Origin: Ignisphaera sp. | GTDB lineage: Archaea; Thermoproteota; Thermoprotei_A; Sulfolobales; Ignisphaeraceae | Length of the DNA stretch: 64,000 nucleotides | Reading direction: 5' to 3' | Assembly (NCBI GenBank): GCA_038889075.1 | Contig: JAWAHS010000007.1 | Coordinates: forward strand, 1 to 64,000 | Part shown: piece by piece, positions 20,398-29,189 of the stretch | Numbering within the stretch: position 1 is the first letter of the stretch | Layout: each line of letters opens with the position of its first letter | Notes under the pieces: generated by a model | Database searches by the model: none | What the model saw: the letters and a program-made list of their open reading frames with translations, nothing else | What the model was told of the DNA's origin: nothing | Made by a program: the position numbers and the translations under genes

Positions 20398-21816
20398 CTA
20401 GACAAGCTTAAATTCCATTAAAATTCTGTGATCAGCAATGTATTTCTTAAGTTTAGCTGGAGCAATAACCTCCGAATCTCCCTTACCGATAACTTCACCA
20501 ATTATTGATGCATTTAATCCTTTGGCTTTAAGATCCTTTACAACATCGTGTGCTATGGCATCGGGAGCCACTATTATAAATGGTCCATTTGTACCGCTTG
20601 TCGCATTAGGTATTATATAGAGTTTGGTGGCTAGCTCTGATATTTGTGGAAATAGCAGTGGTACGTCATAGAGCTTTATGGTGGTATTGCTACGTTCAGC
20701 AAGCTCCTTAACCACTAGAACTCCAGGTCCAGTAACATCCGTAGTTATCGATATATGTTCATCAGGTTTGAATTCTTCTCTGTAATACGGTAGATACTTG
20801 TATATTACTTGTGCAGCCTCTATATTTGGTGTTGATATTCTTTCAACAGCCTCATCCTTAGCCTTCTCCACCTCTCTAAGCTGTATCCCTAGCTCCTCGA
20901 TATCCTTAACTATACTCTCATCTACTATACAGGATAGGAAGAGGTTTATAGGGGCCAGCTCTCCCATGGGCCTTGTTATCACTAGCTTTGATCCAATCTC
21001 GACCCTATCTTCAAATAGTGGTGGAGCTCTGTCGCTATAGCCTATGGTTGTTGCCCCCATTAGGAGCCTCCCTCTCTCTAGCTGTGAGCTCCTCTCAAAG
21101 CCAACATCGTACTTCTTTGAGTAAATCTCTATGTTGCTCCAGAGCCTCTCAATAAGCTCCTCAGATGGTGCATTAATTACCGGGTATACCCTAAGGTTTC
21201 TGTGTACACCTAAAACAAAGATATCGTTTAAAGCATTACTTAGTGCACCACTAACCTGTCTAAAGTCGCCAGGTTCTTGTGTAGGGTCTACGATATGTAT
21301 AGTGTCGTTATTTACAGCTGTGAATCCCTCACCTATAGACTCTGGCAAAAAATCAAATAGTATAAATTCATCTTCTGCAAAAGGTGTTATTATTGAGTGC
21401 CCCTTACCGAGATATATTGGTAAATTCAGCTCTGCTAACTTTAAGTAAACGGGGGCTATCTTATCTAGAAATGCTTCTGGTGTATCTGCATACCTTTGAT
21501 AGATCTGTACAACAGTTACTGCATACAGCTTTCTACCCCTTGAAACCGTCCTTATATCAGTTAGATCTATTTTAGCTTGAGAGTTCAAGTGATAGACTCT
21601 CCTATGAACCTCACTAGCATCGCCACTAATAATAAGGGCATCCTCCCTTGGAGCTATAGCAAACCTCGATCTATTCAGCTTTTCCTTTAAATTTCTTATA
21701 GCCGGATATACAACTCTAAGGAGGTCAACCTTAACGGCACATCCAGTTGCAAGTGCTAGCGGATTTAATCCAAGCTTTTTATAGTATTGAATTCTCTCGA
21801 TAAGCTCTTCAAACAC
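20398..21816 (-). CDS. SelD-like (PurM/AIRS fold) putative sulfur-metabolism protein
   Basis: GCAVKV (Cys-x-x-Lys), ALNDIF, TDVTGPG, TSGTNG; crenarchaeal SelD-like type. Confidence 0.88.
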   Translation of the reverse strand: MFEELIERIQYYKKLGLNPLALATGCAVKVDLLRVVYPAIRNLKEKLNRSRFAIAPREDALIISGDASEVHRRVYHLNSQAKIDLTDIRTVSRGRKLYAVTVVQIYQRYADTPEAFLDKIAPVYLKLAELNLPIYLGKGHSIITPFAEDEFILFDFLPESIGEGFTAVNNDTIHIVDPTQEPGDFRQVSGALSNALNDIFVLGVHRNLRVYPVINAPSEELIERLWSNIEIYSKKYDVGFERSSQLERGRLLMGATTIGYSDRAPPLFEDRVEIGSKLVITRPMGELAPINLFLSCIVDESIVKDIEELGIQLREVEKAKDEAVERISTPNIEAAQVIYKYLPYYREEFKPDEHISITTDVTGPGVLVVKELAERSNTTIKLYDVPLLFPQISELATKLYIIPNATSGTNGPFIIVAPDAIAHDVVKDLKAKGLNASIIGEVIGKGDSEVIAPAKLKKYIADHRILMEFKLV

Positions 21817-21818
21817 CT

Positions 21819-22076
21819 CTACCTACCCCTCTTAACTACAACTATCCTCCACACACCACGTCCAACGTTATCCACGGAGAGAACGTCATGGCCATCATCA
21901 CGCATGGCTCTAGGAACATTTTCACATGATGGTGGATTGTCTGTTACAATCTCCAGTACATCGCCTTCCCCAATCTGTGATAGAGCCTTTCTAGCATATA
22001 TAACGGGGTAGGGACATACATACCCTCTTACATCCAAGAGATACCTCCTCTTATCAATTCTACTAAACTCAACCAT
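21819..22076 (-). CDS. TusA/SirA/YeeD-family sulfur carrier
   Basis: LDVRGYVCPYP, LEIVTDNPPSCENVP. Confidence 0.92.
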   Translation of the reverse strand: MVEFSRIDKRRYLLDVRGYVCPYPVIYARKALSQIGEGDVLEIVTDNPPSCENVPRAMRDDGHDVLSVDNVGRGVWRIVVVKRGR

Positions 22077-22129
22077 TTAAGACCACTATAGTATAGTGTG
22101 TGCAACCAGCTATTTAAAATTCTTTCGCA

Positions 22130-22144
22130 AATAACAGTGTTATT
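22130..22144. promoter_or_regulatory. Palindromic operator AATAACAGTGTTATT
   Basis: Perfect 7-1-7 palindrome in the tusA/yeeE divergent promoter region. Confidence 0.75.
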
Positions 22145-22178
22145 AAAATCGAGGAAAATGTTTATGCGGCAACTCTTA

Positions 22179-22195
22179 AAATAACAATGTTATTT
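22179..22195. promoter_or_regulatory. Palindromic operator AAATAACAATGTTATTT
   Basis: Perfect 8-1-8 palindrome about 20 bp upstream of yeeE. Confidence 0.75.
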
Positions 22196-22214
22196 GATTA
22201 AGAATATAGGGTAG

Positions 22215-23429
22215 ATGCACATGCCTACATCCATGGGCTATATAGGCTATATAAGAGATAGGTTTAGGACAGCAGTATTTAGTAATAGTGGATGGTCTCC
22301 GGTTATTGCAGGGGTTTTGATAGGTTTGATACAGATTATATCATATGTGTGGGTAAATAAGCCATTTACAGTGTACGCAGGTTTTCTAAATTGGGGGCAG
22401 CATATCTATAGCAGTTTAGGGATTAAAATATTCGGAGTTCCAAAACAGTTGCCACTATTTGAGCCTACTTCGACAGGTGACATAGGGGTTATTATAGGAG
22501 CTTCACTAGCTGCAGCACTATCAGGCGAACTAGCATTAAGAAGAGTTGGTAGAGCTATCGATGTTATTGAGGCAGTTGTAGGCGGTATTTTAATGGCGTT
22601 AGGTGTATCGCTGGCCTTCGGCTGCAACTGGGGCGGTTTCATTTCAGCAATAACGTCATGGAGTCTGCATGGCTTTGCCTTCCTTATAGGTGCTGTTATT
22701 GGTGGACTGCTAGGTCTACGCTATACTATTTATAGAATAGAGAGTGAATGGAGAAAGAGCCTATCTATGGTCTATGAAAAACGGGCGCTACTTAATAGTG
22801 ACAGTAGTAGCAGAGATGCAAGTTACATGCTACTGATACCATTAATAGCGCTAGGTATCCTAGTGGCTTACTATGCTATAGTGGGTAGCTATATGGTTGG
22901 GGGAATGCTCATGGGCACTATTGTTGGTATTGTTTTGCAGAGGTCGAGGTTATGCTTTGCAACAGCATTTAGAGATCTATTCAATGGACCTGAAAATAGA
23001 AGAGCTCTAGATATCCATAAGGGCATAGCGGTAGCTATTCTAGTGGGGTCTGTGGGAGTCTTTGCACTAAAGTATATGGGGATCAGAGACCCAATGATAT
23101 CGGTATCGCCAGTTCATGTTACAAATGTTTTAGGGGGGCTGATCTTCACTTTTGGTTCAATAGTGGCTGGAGGATGTGCCTCAGGAGTACTATGGAGGGC
23201 TGGGGAAGGCCATATGAAGTCCTGGATTGCCATATTATCAACTGTATTAGCATACCCTATATTCGCATCACTACTACGACCGCTAACCTCATCTTTTCCA
23301 AGAGTATTTTTACCAGCTGTGGTAGGATGGATAGGAAGCTTTGTAGCGATGCTGATCTTTATCGCAGCATACACTACAGTGATATACTACCTAGAATATA
23401 GATACGTAGGTAAACAACGTTTGCATTAG
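22215..23429 (+). CDS. YeeE/YedE (TsuA) sulfur-compound/thiosulfate transporter
   Basis: Three conserved Cys motifs FGCNWG, QRSRLCFA, AGGCASG; multi-TM. Confidence 0.9.
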   Translation: MHMPTSMGYIGYIRDRFRTAVFSNSGWSPVIAGVLIGLIQIISYVWVNKPFTVYAGFLNWGQHIYSSLGIKIFGVPKQLPLFEPTSTGDIGVIIGASLAAALSGELALRRVGRAIDVIEAVVGGILMALGVSLAFGCNWGGFISAITSWSLHGFAFLIGAVIGGLLGLRYTIYRIESEWRKSLSMVYEKRALLNSDSSSRDASYMLLIPLIALGILVAYYAIVGSYMVGGMLMGTIVGIVLQRSRLCFATAFRDLFNGPENRRALDIHKGIAVAILVGSVGVFALKYMGIRDPMISVSPVHVTNVLGGLIFTFGSIVAGGCASGVLWRAGEGHMKSWIAILSTVLAYPIFASLLRPLTSSFPRVFLPAVVGWIGSFVAMLIFIAAYTTVIYYLEYRYVGKQRLH

Positions 23430-23503
23430 GTCGTTAAATGGCTCCTAGGTCTTTAGGTAAAGCCATTTTTTAGGTTATGTAGGGTAAGACTTTTAAGTGT
23501 ATT

Positions 23504-23520
23504 AAATAACATTGTTATTT
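23504..23520. promoter_or_regulatory. Palindromic operator AAATAACATTGTTATTT
   Basis: Perfect 8-1-8 palindrome between the TATA-like TTTTAAG (23491) and the thiF ATG (23530). Confidence 0.75.
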
Positions 23521-23529
23521 GTGATCTAA

Positions 23530-24579
23530 ATGAAAGTTTATCCAGAGGCTTTTGCGGATTATATTGAGAGGTATTCAAGGCAGATAATGGTTTTAGGTGT
23601 TCAGAATCAGTTGAAACTCTCAAAGGCTAGAGTAGCAATAATCGGCTGTGGGGCCACCGGAAGCAGTGTCGCAGAGGTTCTGGCTAGAGCTGGTGTGGGC
23701 TTTATAAGAATTGTTGATATGGATTTTACTGAGATTAGCAATCTCCATAGAGTTCACCTCTATACAGAGGCGGATGCAAGAAACAGTATTTTGAAGGCTT
23801 TTGCATGTAGGAGGCACCTAGTTGAGATTAACAGCTCTATTGAGGTTGAATCAATTGCAACTGCTGTGGATTCGTCAAATATAGAGGAGCTTGTAGGAGA
23901 TGTAGATCTTGTTATAGATGGTACTGATAATATCGAGATCAGACTTCTAATAAATGAGGCATGTGTGAAGCTCAGTAAGCCATGGATCATGATTGGTGTT
24001 GAGGGGTGGTATGGGATGGTGAAATTTATAGACGCAGCAAAAACTGCGTGCCTCAGATGCTTTATTACAAGTACACCTAGGAGGAGACAGAATGCATGTA
24101 ATATTATAGGTGTTGTCAATACGGCTGTATTTATTACAACAGCAATAGCATCTACGCTAGCATTAAAGCACCTTCTTGGATGTGATGTAGATGAAGAGCT
24201 GTTTATAATCGATAGCTATAGCCTACACATAAAGAGGGTCAAGGTGCTCAAGAATTCGAGATGCCCCGTCTGTGGATTAAATATATTTGAACACCTATCA
24301 AAGTCCGATGAATCTAATATAAGGATATGCGGAGGCAACTCCGTAGAAATACGGCCGCAGAGAAAAGTTGAGATAATGCTAGAGAAGCTAAAGAAGGAGA
24401 TGTTTAGACGTGAAAATATTATCATTGAGGATCACATAGCCTACATACATAGAGATGGTGTACAGATGGCACTCTTTAGAGATGGAAGAGCACTCATCAA
24501 GGGGATTACAGATGTTGAGGAGGCTAAAAAGCTTTACCACAGTATATTGGATGAATTGAGGAAATACGTCGCAGATTAA
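23530..24579 (+). CDS. ThiF/MoeB/E1-like adenylyltransferase
   Basis: GCGATG, SNLHR, DGTDN, CLRC and CPVC zinc motifs, NAC catalytic-type Cys. Confidence 0.92.
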   Translation: MKVYPEAFADYIERYSRQIMVLGVQNQLKLSKARVAIIGCGATGSSVAEVLARAGVGFIRIVDMDFTEISNLHRVHLYTEADARNSILKAFACRRHLVEINSSIEVESIATAVDSSNIEELVGDVDLVIDGTDNIEIRLLINEACVKLSKPWIMIGVEGWYGMVKFIDAAKTACLRCFITSTPRRRQNACNIIGVVNTAVFITTAIASTLALKHLLGCDVDEELFIIDSYSLHIKRVKVLKNSRCPVCGLNIFEHLSKSDESNIRICGGNSVEIRPQRKVEIMLEKLKKEMFRRENIIIEDHIAYIHRDGVQMALFRDGRALIKGITDVEEAKKLYHSILDELRKYVAD

Positions 24580-24829
24580 TAGCTAAATAAAGTTTTCCCT
24601 TAACGTCCCCCTGAAGTTCAATATACCAGGGATTCGGATACTGTTTTCCAATAATATAAAGGAAAATAGAAGATTATTTGTAAGGGGGATTCTGTTATAG
24701 ACTGGCAAATAGCAATATTTAACGTGCTTCTCATTATCTCTTTACGAATTCTAAAGCTCCCGACTTTTCTTCAATGGGCATAACGCCAACATCTACTAAA
24801 GTCCTCTATGCATACATTAACTCTACACC

Positions 24830-25200
24830 TAAGATGGTTCAAGTCCTTCAGAACTATTACCGCACCGTATCTATACACTCTCTGCTATCCTGCCACTTAG
24901 CTTATGTGCATAGTCCCACAAGACATTTTTAATTCTTTCACAATATCTCTCAATATCTCTCCTAGCTCCCTTGACGAATCTCCGCGACTTGGGATGGCGC
25001 TTCTGATCCTCTCAATCTATATTCTGTGGGTTAGGAGTCCTCCTGTAGGTGTCTTGAACCTTTCTAATCCAAGTAGTGTGCTACTGATATCAACAAACCG
25101 CTAGAGTTACGTTGTTGAAGTTCACATCCACAGTTATGACAGCTCTGCGTTGTTTCCTTAACTTAGCAGCTTCCTGAAGTATGTGGAAATACATCTAATT
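24830..25200 (-). mobile_element. tnpB: TnpB (IS200/IS605 OrfB) pseudogene
   Basis: Frameshifted fragments AVITVDVNFNNVTLAV (RuvC-I), RFKTP..LLTHRI, ERIKNVLWDYAHK, AVIVLKDL (RuvC-II with E to K). Confidence 0.8.
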
Positions 25201-25265
25201 GCAAGTCAAAGATATGATTGGATATGCTCTATATGAGTGGAGAGCTTATGGTAAGTCTCCTATTC

Positions 25266-25400
25266 CTATATATTGTTGAGCTCTTCTAGGTTTATGTGTA
25301 GTGAGGGTACTGTGTAACCGTAGTAGGAGTGTCTGGTTGTTTTTGGTGGAAATACGTTCTTCTCTATGAGTACTTTCCTTAGTATTGCAATCTGATGGGT
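25266..25400 (-). pseudogene. C-terminal remnant of a SerK-like (ParB/Srx family) serine kinase
   Basis: VFPPKTTRH...VPSLHINLEEL, typical of the SerK-like C-terminus; no upstream domain. Confidence 0.55.
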
Positions 25401-25609
25401 TAAGGTTCGAGATATCGAGATTCCCGATTCTACTATGCCACGAGATTTGGTTGGGTAATGTACGGCTTTTCCAGCGCAGTTCAATATGTAATAGTATGTA
25501 GAGTATTGTAGCATTTATAGATGTTTTTACCATACTTATATGAATAAATATTTAAAAAGATTAAACTATGAAATAGTGGTAGCTACCTGTATCCAGGTGC
25601 TGATGAGCA

Positions 25610-27511
25610 ATGCATGGTGCTAGATCTGCTAATGATATGGAGAATCTGGTGCTGTATTTAGATAGGGTCCTCTCACCTAAAATGTACGAAAGGCTTATGA
25701 GGATTAGGGATCCTTCGCTACACAGATGGATAGCAAGAATAATTAGCATAGCTAGACCCTCATCGGTATATATACTCACTAGTGATGAAGATGATGCTGT
25801 ATATGTAAGGAGAGCTGCTATTGAGAGAAGAGAAGAGTTGCCCACCAAATACCCTATGCATACCGTACACTTTGATGGTATTAACGATCTTGCTAGAGAT
25901 AGGAAGAACACCAGAATACTGCTTCCTCACAATAGAAGCATTCCCTTCTTAAACACATACGATAGGGAGATGGGTATTGCAGAGATCTTTAGGCTAGCTG
26001 AAGGCATTATGGAGGGTAAGGAGATGTTTGTAGCTTTTTACTGTTTCGGTCCCAGAAATTCGGATTTCACTATGTACGCTGTGCAGGTAACCGATTCAGC
26101 ATATGTCATCCACTCTGAAAATATTCTATATAGACCCTGCTACGATGTTTTTGTCGAGAAGGCACCGCATATAGAGTATGTAAAGTTCTTCCACTCAGCT
26201 GGGGAGCTAGATGAAAATAATTGGTCTAAGAATGTAAATATGAGAAGGATATACATAGATGTTGTCGATAGTGCTGCCTACAGCATAAATACCCAGTATG
26301 CTGGAAATAGCGTTGGTCTTAAGAAACTCATGCTTAGAATGTGTATCTATAGAGGATGTAGAGAGGGATGGTTATGCGAACACATGTTTATTGTTGGAGT
26401 TAGAGGGAATGGTGATAGGATAACGTATTTCACAGGTGCTTTTCCCGCTGGATGTGGTAAAACTTCAACTGTTTTTGCAGCTGATACAATTGTTGGAGAC
26501 GATATAGCTATAATCAAAGCTATAGATGGTGTAGCTAGAGCAGTAAATCCTGAGGTAGGGATGTTTGGTATCATAGATGATATCAACCCGGCAGATGATC
26601 CTGCACTCTACCAGCTACTAACATCACCAGAGACGGAGGTTATATTTACAAACGTACTTCTAATGGATGATGGAGAGGTATGGTGGAGAGGAAAGCCAGA
26701 GCCACCTAAACCAGGCATCAACTATGCTGGAAGGTGCTGGCCTGGAAAAGGTGATGGAGGGGATAACGAAGTTCCGCTTTCCCATCCAAATGCTAGATTC
26801 ACTATGTCCATAAGGTATCTAAATAATCTAGATCCAAGGATAGACGACCCCAATGGCGTTCCCATACAAGGTATGATCTTCGGTGGAAGAGACTACCACA
26901 CACTACCATCAGTTGTAGAAGCCTTTAACTGGATCCACGGCATAATTACCATGGGCGGTGCTCTAGAGTCAGAGAAAACAGCTGCTATACTCGATGGAAC
27001 CAGTGAAATGGAATTTAATCCGTTTGCCGTACTAGACTTCCTACCAATATCTATTGGAAGGTTTCTAGAGCTTCACCTAGATTTTAGTAGAAAGCTTTCT
27101 TCCAAACCCAGGATATTCAATGTCAACTACTTTTTAAAAGATGAAAATGGTAGATTCATAGCAGGTAAAAGTGATAAGAGGGTCTGGCTTAAATGGATGG
27201 AGCTTAGGGTACACGGAGACATAGATGCGGTAGAGACCCCCATAGGATACATACCTATCTACAGCGATCTCGCCAAACTATTTGACCGATACCTTGGCAA
27301 AGAGTACAGTGAGGCTAGATACGAGAAGGAATTCACAATCATGATAGCCAGTCTAATCAGTAAGATAGAGAGGCTGTGGAACATATACTCTGCAATACCC
27401 GATACACCACCGATACTCTTTGAGACGCTAAGAATCCAGAAGAAAAAGTTAGAAGAAGCAAGGTCTAGCTACGGGGATAAGGTAAAGCCATTCAAATTCA
27501 GCAAGATTTAA
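25610..27511 (+). CDS. pckG: Phosphoenolpyruvate carboxykinase (GTP)
   Basis: YAGNSVGLKK, LCEHM, AFPAGCGKT, VGDDIA, HPNARF, IFGGR, VNYF. Confidence 0.95.
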   Translation: MHGARSANDMENLVLYLDRVLSPKMYERLMRIRDPSLHRWIARIISIARPSSVYILTSDEDDAVYVRRAAIERREELPTKYPMHTVHFDGINDLARDRKNTRILLPHNRSIPFLNTYDREMGIAEIFRLAEGIMEGKEMFVAFYCFGPRNSDFTMYAVQVTDSAYVIHSENILYRPCYDVFVEKAPHIEYVKFFHSAGELDENNWSKNVNMRRIYIDVVDSAAYSINTQYAGNSVGLKKLMLRMCIYRGCREGWLCEHMFIVGVRGNGDRITYFTGAFPAGCGKTSTVFAADTIVGDDIAIIKAIDGVARAVNPEVGMFGIIDDINPADDPALYQLLTSPETEVIFTNVLLMDDGEVWWRGKPEPPKPGINYAGRCWPGKGDGGDNEVPLSHPNARFTMSIRYLNNLDPRIDDPNGVPIQGMIFGGRDYHTLPSVVEAFNWIHGIITMGGALESEKTAAILDGTSEMEFNPFAVLDFLPISIGRFLELHLDFSRKLSSKPRIFNVNYFLKDENGRFIAGKSDKRVWLKWMELRVHGDIDAVETPIGYIPIYSDLAKLFDRYLGKEYSEARYEKEFTIMIASLISKIERLWNIYSAIPDTPPILFETLRIQKKKLEEARSSYGDKVKPFKFSKI

Positions 27512-28034
27512 TGTAAAAGTTGCCACCACAATGCTCTTCTACAAGGATTTTACTAATGTACTCTATTAAATCCTTCAATCTATGTAGAAGAAGTCGAATA
27601 AAGAAAATACGGTGATCCTGTAGCTAAAATCATTTTGATAGAGAGATAACGGGCTTCGATTAAATCTGTAGTTTAACAGCACCTCTAATGCAATGTTAAT
27701 ACCTTTGGAACCCATTTCCCTTGAAGAGAAAAGGGTGTTTTTCTAGTCTACCCAGAATTGCTAAGGAAACGATAGAATTGCTAAGCACGGATTCCGCTAT
27801 GGATGGTGCAAGCAATTCGATATGGGAATGGTATTCGGTATGCAACCTAGACTCAGAAAATCATTTAATATACATATAGCAGAGCTGATATTTGTTTAAA
27901 ACAGTAATTGGTTTTCCTCTGATCATACAATTCCAAACATATCAAGGAAAGTATCTATGCTAGCGATTCGTAATAGTAGAGAGGTATACATAGGTTCTGG
28001 TACACCTAAAATAGATCCTATAGTTGAAAATGTA

Positions 28035-28568
28035 CTATTTCTTTATGTACTTCTGCACAATATTTTTAATAGTATCATCTATACCAAGTTCTTTAGATGC
28101 TCTTTCAATTTCCTTCTCCACACCATCAATGATGTCAGCTACATCGAATCCTAGAGACTTGTATTCCAAACCCTTAACATATGTTGCTATATAGTTACAT
28201 AGTTTTGCCACTTTGGACTCCACATCATCTTGATTAGTGTAGCTAATGTAGAGTTTTTTGATGGTATCACTATCTATGCCTTCCTCTACAAGCCGAAGCT
28301 CGATAACCTTCTTACGATCACCTACTTCAGAGCTGAATACCTTAACGATATCACCGGTAAAAGCCTCGCCAATATCATGAACAATTGTATAGAGAATAAG
28401 TTTTCCAAGATCAACGCCAATTCTACTTCCAATATCCAAGCATATGTATGAGGATAGGAAACTGTGCTCAGCTATGCTTTCTGCTAAATATCTCGGTACA
28501 CCTCTTAGCATCCAGCCACTTCTAGCTGTAGAGATTAGAGACTTTGCAATACTTACGGTATTCTTCAT
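28035..28568 (-). CDS. HD-domain phosphohydrolase (YfbR-like)
   Basis: RSGW, ESIAEHS, VHDIGEAFTGD. Confidence 0.85.
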   Translation of the reverse strand: MKNTVSIAKSLISTARSGWMLRGVPRYLAESIAEHSFLSSYICLDIGSRIGVDLGKLILYTIVHDIGEAFTGDIVKVFSSEVGDRKKVIELRLVEEGIDSDTIKKLYISYTNQDDVESKVAKLCNYIATYVKGLEYKSLGFDVADIIDGVEKEIERASKELGIDDTIKNIVQKYIKK

Positions 28569-28606
28569 ATATTCCTACCTCGATGTTCTGTAGGTAGCTA
28601 TTGCCA

Positions 28607-28945
28607 CTATTTTAATCTGTACTGTGGTTTGGGAAGATCTAGATGTTCTCTAAATCTAGTGCATATACTGCACATATCTAGCTCTAGTCCACTGGCAATC
28701 TCATCTGTAAGCTCATCGACTATTCTACTTACTCTACCATCTCCTAATACCCTTTCTAGATTGTGTAATCTTCTCCTCCCCTTTATAACATAGTTTAGTA
28801 GTGGTTGTGGTAGACCAACAGCTTTTGCAGCCTGTAGTTGGGAAAAGCTATACCTCTCTATAAGATTCAATGCTATAGCTACCCTTATAGGCGTTGAATA
28901 GATTTTTATAAATAGTTCACAAAACGATTTCCTAATCATATCCAC
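28607..28945 (-). CDS. XRE-like HTH transcriptional regulator with C-terminal CxxC
   Basis: SQLQAAKAVGLPQPLLNYVIKGRR HTH; MCSIC; N-terminal FCE. Confidence 0.85.
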   Translation of the reverse strand: MDMIRKSFCELFIKIYSTPIRVAIALNLIERYSFSQLQAAKAVGLPQPLLNYVIKGRRRLHNLERVLGDGRVSRIVDELTDEIASGLELDMCSICTRFREHLDLPKPQYRLK

Positions 28946-28957
28946 AACCCTAAAAAT

Positions 28958-29176
28958 CTACATTCTAACAATATGTATCTCGAAATACCCACCTCTAACA
29001 ATAACCTCTATACTACCTATACTAAAAGCTTTTACCGTCTCCACAATCACATCTACACACATCTTCGATGATGTTAACACAACTAGTTTGGTGTTCTTAT
29101 CCATCTTAGATAGCTCTCTAACAGTTTTTACCAAAGGCCCTGGACATTCCTCGCCTCTAAAATCCAGCAGATGCAT
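28958..29176 (-). CDS. TusA-family sulfur carrier
   Basis: LDFRGEECPGPL. Confidence 0.88.
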   Translation of the reverse strand: MHLLDFRGEECPGPLVKTVRELSKMDKNTKLVVLTSSKMCVDVIVETVKAFSIGSIEVIVRGGYFEIHIVRM

Positions 29177-29189
29177 GTAGATTCCTCTA

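Noticed and set aside
20398-21816. Selenocysteine recoding or a true selenophosphate synthetase with a SECIS element
   Set aside because: The active-site codon is Cys, there is no in-frame TGA, no Sec machinery is visible in the window, and the downstream hairpin lacks a recognisable archaeal SECIS motif
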